In this document: positions 1 through 12,159 of the stretch, piece after piece
Layout of the letters: the number at the start of each line of letters is the position of its first letter
Numbering within the stretch: position 1 is the stretch's first letter
Assembly (NCBI RefSeq): GCF_001194135.2
Contig: NC_068989.1
Location: 70,183,359 to 70,247,358 of the forward strand
Direction of reading: 5' to 3'
Length of the DNA: 64,000 nucleotides
Origin: Octopus bimaculoides
Taxonomy: Eukaryota
The notes under the pieces: model-generated
Databases searched by the model: none
What the model saw: only the letters and a program-made list of their open reading frames with translations
What the model was told of the DNA's origin: nothing
Made by a program: the position numbers and the translations under genes

Positions 1-94
1 TGTGACCATATGACTCAATGAATGATATGGTCACAGATTTGCTTAAGTGGGTACAATGTTATTTAATTGAGATCAAAAGAGTCAAAAGTTCTTC

Positions 95-290
95 CTGAGC
101 CATAAGGCTGGTTTCATGGAATCTGTAGCATGTATATTTCCTGGACAGGACACCAGTCCATTACAGGATTAGTAGAGCAACATGAAATGAAGTGTTTTGC
201 TCAAGAACACAACATGTCACCCAGTCCAGGGATCAAAAACACACTCTCACAATCATGAGTGCAACACCCTAACCACTAAGCCATGCACCT
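95..290 (-). mobile_element. tRNA-derived SINE (family E: head plus TGTGTTCTTGAGCAAAACACTT core)
   Basis: Reverse strand reads GGCTTAGTGGTTAGGGTG (A-box-like), then TTTGATCCC (decayed B-box), then tgtgttcttgagcaaaacactt. Related copies at about 1985-2170, 2740-3000, 15130-15325 and 19460-19774. Confidence 0.75.
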
Positions 291-642
291 AATTAAGAGA
301 TACCTAGCAGTAAATACATAGCATAGTAAATGATAAATAATTCACTTTTGCAGTCACTCAACTTGCTAAAAATAGTAGCAACATTTCTCTTAAATCACAT
401 TTAAAAAGATATCTTTATTAAAATCAACATTTTAAAAAGATAGGTCTGTATCTGCATACAAGCTCCCTCATGGACGTGCTTACATTATAGTGTTAGTTGG
501 CCATTATCTATTGTTGTTTAGCCCCATATCAATCCTGGTCAGGATAGCTCGGATCAAAAATGTTTCAGCTGTGACAATCACATTTCTTTAAATTCAAACG
601 CAGTGTGTCTAGTACTATATTGTAAAAGTACCTTTTCTTTTT

Positions 643-869
643 TTAACCCTTTAGCGTTCATATTATTCTGTCAAAAGTAATACTTATTTATTCACATTGC
701 TTTGAATTAATCATGCATCATTTTGTAGCTGTGAGATTTCGACATGGTAACCGTTAATTTTTAGGATAATTTTGTAGGATCGATGTGAGAAGCCAGATCT
801 GGCCAGTTTGACATAAAACAGCTGGAATATTTTGGTCAGATATGGCCAGATTAGATGCTAAAGTGTTAA
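643..869. mobile_element. piggyBac-like MITE
   Basis: TTAA-CCCTTTAGCGTT at 643 and GATGCTAAAGTG-TTAA ending at 869. Short TIRs with a TTAA target site and no ORF. Confidence 0.7.
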
Positions 870-1600
870 AGCTATTTTTGGTAAGCCATATCTAGTACAC
901 CATTGCTAGTAGCTCTTCATGATTTAGCAAGGTGATAGATAACATGGTTATCCAATGAGTCCATTAAGTTGTTATTCATTAGGTTGTTACACTCAACTCA
1001 CCAACACTCTGTAATTATTAGTTCACTAATGTGCTGCAGGGTTCCTGTATTCTATTGGAATCACATCAGCTTTCAATTTCACTGAACTGGAAAGGTTCTT
1101 GCATTACCACCTACACACTTGTACAGACAGTGTTGTGGCTGTCTGATGCACACTTTTCTCTTTGCTTCTCATCACTTTTACTGTATCCCTTCCTTGAGCC
1201 ACCACATTAAATATTTCTCCTCATCCTTCGTCTCCAGAAGTGAATCTGTCTGGAACACTAACTTGCAAATGTTCAAGCTAAACACCAACAGTATCAACCT
1301 TGCCATCACCAACCAACAGAAGGAGACTCTACAAAGTCATTAGATATGTTAAAAATAGCAACCAAATCTTCTTCAAATTACATCCTATCATGATGAAAAT
1401 GAGGATACATTAGATAGTGTGATTCCTAGATATACAGTGACTGAAAAAGAGATGTGATGGCCATAAATGGAACAGCTTTGATTTAGAACGGCTCCAACTT
1501 AATGTTTAGTGGCAACAACAATCTTAATAGTCATGTTTGTCTTTCAAAGGATTGAACACTAATTTTCTTCTTCAGACAGACAGACAGACAGACAGATAGG

Positions 1601-1830
1601 TCTTTTATCTTTTACTTGTTTCAGTCATGAGACTGTGGCCATGCTGAGGCACCTCCTTGAAAGGTTTTAGCTGAATGAGTTGACCCCGGTTTTTCTATAT
1701 TTTTAAGCCTGATACTTATTCTATTGATCTCTTTTGCCAAACCACTAAGTTATATGGATGTAAACACACCAGCACCAGTTGTAAAGTGGTGGAGGGGGAC
1801 AAACAAGCACAAAGACACACACAGATATAT
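1601..1830 (-). mobile_element. SINE family A, 3' half
   Basis: Shares the tcttttacttgtttcagtcat...gccatgctg...accccagt...gatacttattct...ctaagtta...aaacacaccagcac block with more than 8 other copies in the window. Confidence 0.75.
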
Positions 1831-1866
<36 letters not shown>

Positions 1867-1984
1867 TGGACCCTGTTGAAGACGATGTATGAGTGTTCAG
1901 CTTTTGCCAAACAGCCTGCACAAATGATTTATTTACAGTGATCAAATATTCATGCTATACATTTGCCCACTCACTCCATTAAAT

Positions 1985-2170
1985 CAACGTTACCTGAACA
2001 GGTGCACTGTGTACCACATATCAGGTGTCAATGTGATCACAGAGCAAAATAAGATGAAGTATTTTGCTCAAGAACACAACACACCACCCAGTCTAGGAAC
2101 TGAAACCACGATCTCACGATTGTGTGTACACTAACCCTAACCCTAACCATAACCACTAAGCCATGCACCC
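1985..2170 (-). mobile_element. tRNA-derived SINE family E
   Basis: ttgctcaagaacacaac core and tRNA-like head (ccactaagccatgcac on the plus strand). Confidence 0.7.
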
Positions 2171-2360
2171 TCACATAATGTGTTGGCACTAAATCTCTAA
2201 TATGTATATATTAATATTTCAATTAGACATAGCAAAACTAATAACCTGGTGTAGAACTCAATATATGTATGTTTTAAAACAATGGTAGATGAGTATAGAG
2301 TGGTAATAAGAACAAAGTGATGACACCAGAAAACACAAAGTTTATGTAATGAACTTCATT

Positions 2361-2441
2361 AGCTTACAGCTGTTTCTGCTATAAGATGTGATGGGCGCTA
2401 AGTTGAATACACAGATAACATCCTATAGCTTCATCAGAACC
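2361..2441 (-). ncRNA. Minimal type I hammerhead ribozyme motif (Penelope-type)
   Basis: Minus strand: GGTT-CTGATGA-A-GCTATAGGATGT-(28 nt loop)-ACATCTTATAGC-A-GAA-ACAGCTGT-A-AGCT. Intact core, 12-bp stem II, palindromic stem III and a GUA cleavage triplet. Confidence 0.8.
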
Positions 2442-2555
2442 TTGAATTTGAAGTGCACTTTATTTGGGAAAATTACATTTTCTGAACATACTAGCATTAC
2501 AAGTGAGAACATCTGTGTTGATGCCTATGGAAAATTTTTTGCACTTCACATTCAA

Positions 2556-2636
2556 GGCTCCAGTGAAGCTGTAGGATGTTATCCAGGTATTCAACTAAGA
2601 GTCCACCACATTTTATTGTAGAAACAACTGTAAGCT
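2556..2636 (+). ncRNA. Degenerate hammerhead motif, inverted partner of 2361-2441
   Basis: GGCT-CCAGTGA-A-GCTGTAGGATGT...ACATTTTATTGT-A-GAAACAACTGTA-AGCT. Core and stem III carry substitutions. Confidence 0.65.
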
Positions 2637-2694
2637 AATGAAGTTCATTCCATAACCTTTGTTTTTTCTGGTGTCGTCTCTTTGTTCTTATATA

Positions 2695-2739
<45 letters not shown>

Positions 2740-2742
<3 letters not shown>

Positions 2743-3058
2743 CACTCCATCGGTTACGACGATGAGGGTCCCAGCTAATATGATCAATGGAACAGCATGC
2801 TTGTAAAATTAACATGCAAGTAGCTGAGCACTCCACAGACACGTGTACCCTTAATGTAGTTCTCAGGAAGATTCAGCATGACACAAAGTGTGACAAGGCC
2901 AGCCTTTTGAAATACAGGTACTACTCATTTTTGCCAGCTGAGTGGACTGGAGCAACGTGAAATAAAGTGTCTTGCTCAAGGACACAACACATCGCTACAG
3001 GGACTGAACCCGGAACCATGTAGTTGAGAAGCAAGCTTCTTACCACACAATCATGCCA
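2740..3058 (-). mobile_element. Chimeric SINE (family A head on a family E body)
   Basis: Minus strand: gtgtggtaagaagcttgcttctcaactacatggttccgggttcagtccc (A head) joined to tgtgtccttgagcaagacactttatttcacg (E core). Confidence 0.6.
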
Positions 3059-3063
3059 ATATA

Positions 3064-4280
3064 CAGGGTGCATAAGATATTTTACTATAGCAGCATATTT
3101 ATCAACTTAATATTTTCTATATTTCAGAATTATCAATGGTAGACTCTATGATTACACAAGAAATGAAGAGGCACACAGTCATCATGGCTATAAAGGCGGA
3201 ACATAGTAATTTAGAAATAGCACAATTTTTAAAAGTCATTAGATCCTTCGTCTACAAGATTCGTAAGGAGTTAGAGGACAGAAATGTATCATCAGTATCA
3301 AAACGTAAGAAACATTGTAGACACACTGACACTATTAGAATTTATTCAACAAGTAAAGCAGACCACTGATGACAATCCCAGAAGATCCATGAAGTTAATT
3401 GCCAAAGAACACCATGTGTCAGAAGGAACAATCCAAAATGTTGTCCACAAAGACATCACATACAAATCTTATCTGATGAGAAAAGGTCATTTCATGTCAG
3501 AAACAGTGAAGGAAAATCTTTTAATCAGATCTAAAAGACTCCTAAACAAACTTAAAAATCCAGTAGAGAAAGATATCATTTGCTTCTTCTTGGATGAGGA
3601 AAACTTTCATCAAGATCAGAAAGTAAACAGAAAAAATGACAGATGGCTATATGCAGACCCTTCAGAAGTTCCAAGAGTAATACATACAAAATTTCCTGCA
3701 ACTGTCATGGTTTTGGTCGTTGTCAGCAATGAAGGACATGTGATGCCTCCTCACTTCTTTCCACAAGGTCTTCGAGTAAACTCTGCTGCCTACATAGACG
3801 TTCTGAATAGAGTGGTTAAGCCATGGATTGATAATGTACACAACGGAAAACCTTATGTGTTTCAACAAGACTCGGTACCATCACACAAGGCTACAGCTAT
3901 ACAGGAATGGATGATGGAAAATTTTCATGACCACATAACCCCCAACATTTGGCCTCCTAGCTCCTCAAATCTCAATCCATTGGACTACTATGTATGGAGC
4001 ATAGTTGAGAAAGAGGTTAATGAGCACCCTCATAACACCAAAGAATCTATGGTCAGAGTAATGTCCAATATGAACACAGACCATTTGATCTGGCATGTAG
4101 GTGATTCAGACCTCGCATAGAAGCTGTTATTGAAGCTGAAGGAGACTTTATTGAGAAAAATATTGAAACAATATGTTTATTCTTATCCTCAAAACCTTTT
4201 TCAGTAAGAAGGCATTATTGTCTGTTTCTAAGAGTCATTTTTATGTAAGTATATAACTGGCCTCAAATACCTTATGCACC

Positions 4281-4283
<3 letters not shown>
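3064..4283 (+). mobile_element. Tc1/mariner superfamily DD37D (maT) DNA transposon, full length
   Basis: TIRs CAGGGTGCATAAG / CTTATGCACCCTG, each flanked by TA. Transposase has FLDE...QQD-x37-D (NPLDYYVW). Confidence 0.9.
3136..4160 (+). pseudogene. maT (DD37D) transposase, frameshifted
   Basis: ORF 3136-3369 (HTH) and ORF 3284-4120 (DDD domain) overlap in different frames. A second shift lies near the C-terminus (RIEAVIEAEGDFIEK in another frame). Confidence 0.85.
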
Positions 4284-4328
<45 letters not shown>

Positions 4329-4340
4329 NNNNNNNNNNNN

Positions 4341-4386
<46 letters not shown>

Positions 4387-4956
4387 ATGTAAATATGCAT
4401 GAGTATGTGTGTGATGTGTGTGTGTTTGTATGTCTGTATGGAGTTGCGTAAACAAGGGGATAGATTGATAAATTGTTATATTTAATAAATTACAACAAAA
4501 CAAATTCAAAAATTTGACATACATGAGATTTCAATAATTAATTATTACTGTTTAATAAACTTGCTTTATTTATTTCAATTTGTCATAAACAACAACAACA
4601 AAAACACATTTCAAAATGAAATAACTTAATAATAATTCCATTTTATAATAGGAATATTTCTTAGAATAATATAATCAGAAAATTTCTTCTTCAAACAAAT
4701 AAAAGAATTCTTAACTATTAGTGGTATCCAAACACACATACAGATAATTAACCATTAGAGATTTAGTGCCAAAACATTATGTGTGCTTTCCTTTTACTCT
4801 TTTGTTAGTTTCAGTCATTGAACTATGGTCGGTCTAAGGCATTGACATGACAAGTGGAGTCAACTGGAATCATTGGCAGGCATTTTCTGGCAAGAAAATC
4901 ATTTAAACTTCAAAAACGTAAAATAGTTAATTTGTTTTAATACAGGTAATACTTTA

Positions 4957-5358
4957 TCTTTTATCTTTTACTTGTTTCAGTTATTAGACTGTAGCCAAGC
5001 TAGGGCACTGCCTTGATGGGTTTTAGTCAAACAAATCAACTCCAAGGACTTTTTTGCCTTTTTAAGCCTTGTACTTATTCTATTAGTCTCTTTTGCTGAA
5101 CTGCCAAGTAATGGGGACATAAGCAGACCAACACCAGCTGTTAAGCAGTGGAAGGGGACCAACACAGACACAAGTGCACACACATACATATGTACAATGG
5201 GCCTTTTCAGTTTCCATCTACCAAATCCACTTACAAGGTTTTGGTCGGCCTGAGGTTATAGTAGAAGACACTAGCCCAAGGTACCTCACTGTGGGACTGA
5301 ACCCAGAACAATATTGTTGAGAAGCAAGCTTCTTACCACACAGTCATGCCTGCGCTTA
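4957..5358 (-). mobile_element. SINE family A, full length
   Basis: tRNA-like head (tgtggtaagaagcttgc...gggttcagtcccac on minus), internal CA/TA tract and conserved 3' block. Confidence 0.8.
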
Positions 5359-5813
5359 CACAATCACGCCCACTTACAGGTAATGTATGTATTTTTGATT
5401 TATTTGTATGGTAAAGTATGAAGACAAGTTTGATGCAATGTTAACAATATGGATGGTATTCAAGCAAATGATATGCATACATAACACCATAATACTAAAC
5501 ACACTTCTACGTGAAGCCATGTATTTCATTTCCCTCTCCCCAGGCTCCAAAGAATCTAAAAGACACTGCAAATAATAGGCTTCAACGATCTCAACCCAAG
5601 ACAAAAGCTTGAACAATAAGTTGAGGAGAATATTTCAATTGGAAATCAAAATATAACTTGCTACTGCTTTTGAATAACTGACATCTTATTCTATATCATG
5701 AGAACAATATTCATAGATACACACGCATGCATACACACAAATATTTGCATATATATATATATATTTAGAAATATATATGTATATGGGGGTTGTATCTATA
5801 TATAGAGAGAGAG

Positions 5814-6059
5814 GGATAAACAAATTAAATATAACAGCTTGGGTTTGATATGCATATATGTATACATGCAAACAGAGAGAAAGCAAAGACCAAAGACTTT
5901 CAGATGAGGAATATTTAAGTATAAATATATAGATATTTATAGTAATAGATCAAATTTACACAGTGTACAATTGACAGAGAAAATTAAAGGGAAAGAAGTA
6001 AGGAGTCATAAGTTGAACAGGTGTTATAACCCAAGCTGTTACATTTAATTTGTTTATCC
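5814..6059. repeat. 32-bp inverted repeat pair (MITE-like or inverted Tc1 end)
   Basis: GGATAAACAAATTAAATATAACAGCTTGGGTT (5814-5845) matches the reverse complement of 6028-6059 at 31/32 positions. Confidence 0.75.
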
Positions 6060-6218
6060 ACATAATTGTCTCCCTATTTGCTCACTATGATTCCTCTTAT
6101 AGTTAATCTTTACCCCCACTTAATTGGTCCCTTGTAAAGACATCAGAGCCTAAGTTCAAATCATTTGAGTGTTTCTCAGTATTTTCTTTACTGAGAATCT
6201 CTGGATCTCATCCTTGAT

Positions 6219-6345
<127 letters not shown>

Positions 6346-6384
6346 TACACATGTCAAAAGTAAATAAACACCCTTTAATGCCAT

Positions 6385-6620
6385 CTAAAGAATCTCAGAT
6401 CATTTTTAGCTGTGTGACAAGGAGCCCCATCTTCCACTAATAGTCTTCTTTAATCATTTCACCAATAGAGAAGGTTGTAAGGAGTCCTTTCTGCAATATG
6501 AACACATATTTATCTGAATTTATGTTTCCCTCACACTACATCAACTCAGAAAACTCATTTAAGAGCATGCTTTACTAATACATGAGCTCCTTCAAACACT
6601 GTCACAAAGCACCAGTGACA
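6385..6620 (-). pseudogene. Tc1-like transposase fragment
   Basis: Minus translation GNINSDKYVFILQKGLL...EDGAPCHTAK, typical of the Tc1 DDE mid-region, with stops. Confidence 0.55.
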
Positions 6621-7479
6621 TCATACATCATCAAGCATGGCATTACTTGTCACTTCTTTTACCAAATATTATGTATTAAGTGAAGCAAAGGACAAGAGTC
6701 ACATACACACAAACACACACACATATATATACATATTATATATATAGCTATTTATATATATCTCTATCTATCTATCCATCTCTCTCTCTCTCTCTCTCTC
6801 TCTNNNNNNNNNNNNNNNNNNNNNNNNNNNNNNNNNNNNNNNNNNNNNNNNNNNNNNNNNNNNNNNNNNNNNNNNNNNNNNNNNNNNNNNNNNNNNNNNN
6901 NNNNNNNNNNNNNNNNNNNNNNNNNNNNNNNNNNNNNNNNNNNNNNNNNNNNNNNNNNNNNNNNNNNNNNNNNNNNNNNNNNNNNNNNNNNNNNNNNNNN
7001 NNNNNNNNNNNNNNNNNNNNNNNNNNNNNNNNNNNNNNNNNNNNNNNNNNNNNNNNNNNNNNNNNNNNNNNNNNNNNNNNNNNNNNNNNNNNNNNNNNNN
7101 NNNNNNNNNNNNNNNNNNNNNNNNNNNNNNNNNNNNNNNNNNNNNNNNNNNNNNNNNNNNNNNNNNNNNNNNNNNNNNNNNNNNNNNNNNNNNNNNNNNN
7201 NNNNNNNNNNNNNNNNNNNNNNNNNNNNNNNNNNNNNNNNNNNNNNNNNNNNNNNNNNNNNNNNNNNNNNNNNNNNNNNNNNNNNNNNNNNNNNNNNNNN
7301 NNNNNNNNNNNNNNNNNNNNNNNNNNNNNNNNNNNNNNNNNNNNNNNNNNNNNNNNNNNNNNNNNNNNNNNNNNNNNNNNNNNNNNNNNNNNNNNNNNNN
7401 NNNNNNNNNNNNNNNNNNNNNNNNNNNNNNNNNNNNNNNNNNNNNNNNNNNNNNNNNNNNNNNNNNNNNNNNNNNNNGT

Positions 7480-9990
7480 AATTGGTAACCAAGGTATTTT
7501 TTAGTAAAGGGGAGGTAAATCTGTAATTTTAAATATTGATTTGTATTTGATTCTGGCTTATATCAATATTATATTCATTAGATGGGGTAAATCTTTACTT
7601 TTCAATATGGATTTATATTTAATTCTGGTTTATATTTTTCTATAAATGAGGCCTCTTTATTTAGTCACACTTGTGTTGAGGTCCAAACAGCAAATTGATA
7701 TAACGGGGTGATTAGGAACTGTGGTTGCAGTTGTTCTGCACATCTGTCAATGTGTTCACTGGGATATATCTGGCAATATTATGAGAAAGATATCTGTTGT
7801 CTGTGGACTCTATATCTTCATCTGATGGACATTCCTGTATACCCTATATAGTTTTTATGGCAGCCCAAGCATCTGATTACATAAATGAGGTTTTCAGAGG
7901 CATAAGGGCAACTGGATTTAACTTTGAATATTTGCCCTTGTCTAAAATGGAATTCTGATCATTCCAAAACATTGGGACATGTTCCGCAGTTAGGATAACC
8001 ACATTTTTTTTACTTTTGCATCTGTTATTCTTGAGAATGATTTAGCATTTGTGAGGATCTTTAATGTTTTTGGTTGTTTACTGCTTTAAATAATTTTATG
8101 GTTACATAGAATTTCCTTCAGTTTGAGGTCCTTATGGAATATTGAGAGATTTTGGACAATGATGTTAAATGCTTCTTTGTTTCTGGGGTTGTATGTGGAT
8201 ACATAAGGTAGTGTTTTCAGAGTAGGTGTGTTATTGTGTTTGACTTTTCTTGATGTTTTTATGTCAATCGATTTTGCATGTTTAATCCCATCATTTATGA
8301 GTTGAATTGGGTAGTGTCTGTCCATGAGTACGTTTTTAAGCTCTTGCAATCTTAGTTCTCTGGTATTTTTTTCTGACACTATGGAGCAAATTCTTCTTGC
8401 AAGGTTGAAGGGGATATTTATTTTGATATGTCTCAAGTGGCATGAGCTAAATAATAGGTATTGTTTAGTGTCTGTGGCTTTGTAAAAAATGTCCATTTCT
8501 ATTTTTTGTTTATTTTTTTAACCAGTATGTCTAGGAATGCGAGTTCTTCTTGATTGTATTCCATTGTAAATTCTATGTTGGTGTTAAAGTTATTAAGGAG
8601 TCTTTTGGACTCCAGGAGTTTATCTATGTTTTCGTTCCAGAAGATGAAGCAGTCGTCCAAAAATCTTTTCCAATTTTTCTTTATGTATTGGGAGAGAGGG
8701 TCACCATATTTTGAAAATGACTCCTGATATATTGTTATTTCAGGATAGCCTGTTGTTAGGTTGATAATGGTTGGTGCTGCCCTGGTCCCCATGGCAATTC
8801 TGAATTTTTGGCAATGAACATGAAACGGTTGTTTTGAAGAATGAATTTTATTGACTTGATTATGAAATCTTTGTTGATCCATTCTGGTATTTCTTCTGGA
8901 TATTTGTCCAGCCAGAATCAGATTGCTTCTATTCCATAATTGTGGGCTATATTAGTGTATAGGTTTATCACATCAAATGAAACCATGAGTGTTTTTTCTT
9001 TGACCTTTTCTGGTAGGGGATTTAACATATCTAAGTCATCTCTACTATAACTTTTGATGTATTTTAGAAATGGTTTCAGGAGGATGTACGTGAGGCAACT
9101 TAGTCAATGTGTTTCACAGGATGGTCCAGTTATAATGGGCCATAATTTTAAGTTACCTGGTGCTGGTGTATGTATGTATGCCTTTGGTGATTTTTTGATG
9201 ACTTCATTTATAGTTTGACTTTTGTGAATTTTTGAAAAGCTATAGAATAGGCTGGGTTTACATTTAAAGTTTGTTAAATAGTCTATTTCTTTTTTTGTTA
9301 AGTCTTTTCTGTGGATTTGGATTAGTGAAAAGAGGTTTTCCATTATTTTGGGGGGAGTGTAATCTTTGATTTTTCATAGTGTTCGTCATTGTTTAGCATG
9401 GATGCTACTAGATTTTTGTAGTATAATGTATCCATTACCACTGCTGTACTCCCTTCATCCACTTCTTTGACTGTTATTTCTTCATTGTTTTGTAATTCAG
9501 TTCCTTCCATAGGGTGGCGCTGAAGTTTGAAATGATTTTTTTGTTTTTGCAAGGTGTGGTAGGGTAAGTTTTCAATGGAATTGCAGAATTTGTGGAGATT
9601 TTTATTTCTTTCTTTGTGGAGGATGTGTTCACTTCTGTTTTTGACTAGTGTGATATCTTCATTATTATAATTGGCCAGTACATCTGTAAACCTTAATTTT
9701 CTGTAGAATTCTGAAACACTGTTCTCGACCTCATTTTGGTTAGCTCTACGAGGAGTTGGGGGTGAATTTTAGTCCTTTTGATAGAATATCGATCTTAGTG
9801 GTTAATAGAGATTCATATGACAGGTTAATTACCTTCAGTCTCTCCTGTGTATCAAGTTCCAACCTGTGTCCCATTTTCTCTGGTCTGAGGCTAAAAACTG
9901 TTCGTTGTGGTTGTGGTTGTGGTTGTGTTGGTATGAGTTGTCTGTGTAAATGTAGGGGTTTGGGTTGGGTGTATGGTGATGTTGTTGTCA
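7480..9990 (-). mobile_element. Penelope-like retroelement (RT + GIY-YIG endonuclease), decayed
   Basis: Broken ORFs 9746-9991, 9343-9552, 9104-9343, 8499-8882 and 8086-8496. Motifs include SFDV-NLYTNI, MGTRAAP, RFLDDCFIFW, LAFLDILV, FYKATDTKQYL, LPYVSTYNP, CGYPNCGTCP and NLIYVIRCLGCHKNYIGYTG (about 7840-7890). Confidence 0.9.
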
Positions 9991-10325
9991 TGGATTGTTT
10001 TATGTGTATGGGTGTCTGAGGGTTCTTTGGTTAGCATTATATNNNNNNNNNNNNNNNNNNNNNNNNNNNNNNNNNNNNNNNNNNNNNNNNNNNNNNNNNN
10101 NNNNNNNNNNNNNNNNNNNNNNNNNNNNNNNNNNNNNNNNNNNNNNNNNNNNNNNNNNNNNNNNNNNNNNNNNNNNNNNNNNNNNNNNNNNNNNNNNNNN
10201 NNNNNNNNNNNNNNNNNNNNNNNNNNNNNNNNNNNNNNNNNNNNNNNNNNNNNNNNNNNNNNNNNNNNNNNNNNNNNNNNNNNNNNNNNNNNNNNNNNNT
10301 ATATATATATATATATATACATACA

Positions 10326-10363
<38 letters not shown>

Positions 10364-11349
10364 CAGGCATGGCAAATGTTCAGTTATTTATTATTTATGC
10401 TTGTATTTGTAGTTGAGTTGTTTGTTTTTTGTTGACCTTCTTGTGGAGGTGGCTGTTATGATGGTGTATCATTCTGAGAAAAACAACCACTGACATTAAA
10501 GATATATCCATAGATGCCAAAGACTGTTGACTAGATTCCATTTAAATACATTATACTGAACATTATCAAATGCATTTTATATGAACTGTAGGTTTGCCTT
10601 TACAGTTGTAATTCTAGAGTAGGGTTTTCATAATCCGATTTATTAATGTTAAGCTGATAAGAGAAAAACCACTCTTTGAATTTAGCATTTTCTCCCTTTT
10701 GGGCTGTTTGCTTTTTGTCGCTCTACTAATATCATCATGCTGTTCAGAATTACTTCAGAACAGAACATTGGAAGAGCCAGGGCTATTTATAAGAATCTAG
10801 TTCTTCATACTCAATGTAAATAAGGATTTGCATTAATCCTCTCTTTCGCCCACCAGAACTCGCTATTAAAAAAAACAATGTTAGCTGCAAACCAGCTGCA
10901 GTATCTGTATATCGATTGTGTGACCTATTAGCACTAGCAACTACATTTCTCTCACATTATATCCTTTTAAAACAAGGAAGTGTACACTGAATAGTGTTTA
11001 CTTGGAAGTATTACATTTTGTAAAAATTAGATGAAGTGGACACATCTGTAGCACTTTTGATAGTAGATCTGCTTGATTACAACTAAATTAAACAACTTCA
11101 GTTAATAAATGTTTCAATAATCCACCATATGAGAAGCTCTACTATGTTGTTTGCATTAAGCACTCCATGTATTATATCTTACTGAATGTCTGAATTGCTT
11201 GATATATATATCTTCCTTAGTTTATAACATGGTGGAAATATTTTCGATGTTAGCTGTTTGAATTATAAATAAAATAAAACAGAAAAAATCTCAGTAGGAT
11301 AGGGAAAATATATTTGTGTGTTATGTTACTATGCTCCTTCTATCAGTCT

Positions 11350-11520
11350 TCTCCACCCACTATCCCTGGGAAGGTCATGGGGATAAAGTCTCCATGTACC
11401 TCTTCCACAGGGTCCAATCAAAAGTAACTGTCATTGTATTTTCCAGCTGGATTCCCAAGCATGACCATCTGAGACTATGGGTATTATCCAACCATCTTGT
11501 TCTTAGTCTACCTCCTTAAT
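11350..11520 (-). pseudogene. RTE-clade LINE C-terminal fragment
   Basis: Minus translation GRLRTRWLDN...WSCLGIQ...FDWTLWKRY resembles the RTE C-terminal GRPRTRW...DR..WR motif. Confidence 0.5.
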
Positions 11521-12055
11521 GAAATGCTGTTGTGTACATTTATATATAAATAATAGTATTCTGTAGGTATCTGTCAGTCTCAAGAAACCATGGATCTGCA
11601 CCAGAAGAAAATGTATCAGCTGCTGATGGTGGTGCAGCATCTTCTGCACCACACAGGCTAGGCAGACACGTCTACAATGACTGCACTTGAAGGAGTTCTC
11701 TACCAGTGCTACTGGTTTTTTCTTCTGTTGAGTGCACTTTTCTTTGGTACCCACTCAAATAATGGAGTTGATACTATCACCTAGTCTCTTCCCCAATATT
11801 CGCTGCCTTGTACCTAAGATAGAAATGAAAATTCTTCATTGATTGAAGGTTCATTAATCAGTGATGATTAAAATAAAACTGTATACATTTATATCTAGCA
11901 CATTCCAATACACTCAAACATTTATATCTAGCACATTCCAATACACTCAAACATGAAAAGACTTATCTTTGGAAATTCTCAGGTGGGAAACTTCATCCTC
12001 TTATAAACTGTGTATGTAAAAACATGCAACTAGGCTGTGATGGAAGTCATAGGAT

Positions 12056-12098
12056 CATAGGACACATGTTTCTGCATAATTACGCTTCATCAGCTGTG
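12056..12098 (-). ncRNA. Minimal hammerhead motif
   Basis: Minus strand: CACAG-CTGATGA-A-GCGTA-AT-TATGC-A-GAA-ACATGTGT-C-CTATG. Intact core and a GUC site. Confidence 0.7.
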
Positions 12099-12116
12099 AG
12101 CAATGAATTCAGTATA

Positions 12117-12159
12117 CATAGTTGATGAAGTTTATCAACACAGAAACACATGTCTTGTG
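12117..12159 (+). ncRNA. Degenerate hammerhead motif, inverted partner of 12056-12098
   Basis: CATAG-TTGATGA-A-GTTTATCAACAC-A-GAA-ACACATGT-C-TTGTG. C3 has changed to T and stem II is decayed. Confidence 0.55.

Noticed and set aside
5554-5622. Plus-strand terminal exon APKNLKDTANNRLQRSQPKTKA*
   Set aside because: Good acceptor but no linked upstream exon or homology; such matches are common by chance in AT-rich DNA.
11503-11754. ORF with FKCSHCRRVC as a host zinc-finger gene
   Set aside because: Histidine spacing does not fit C2H2; more likely a decayed LINE tail next to the RTE fragment.
11885-11953. Exact tandem duplication of about 33 bp resembling a CRISPR repeat
   Set aside because: Only two adjacent units with no spacer, in a eukaryotic context; a simple slippage duplication.
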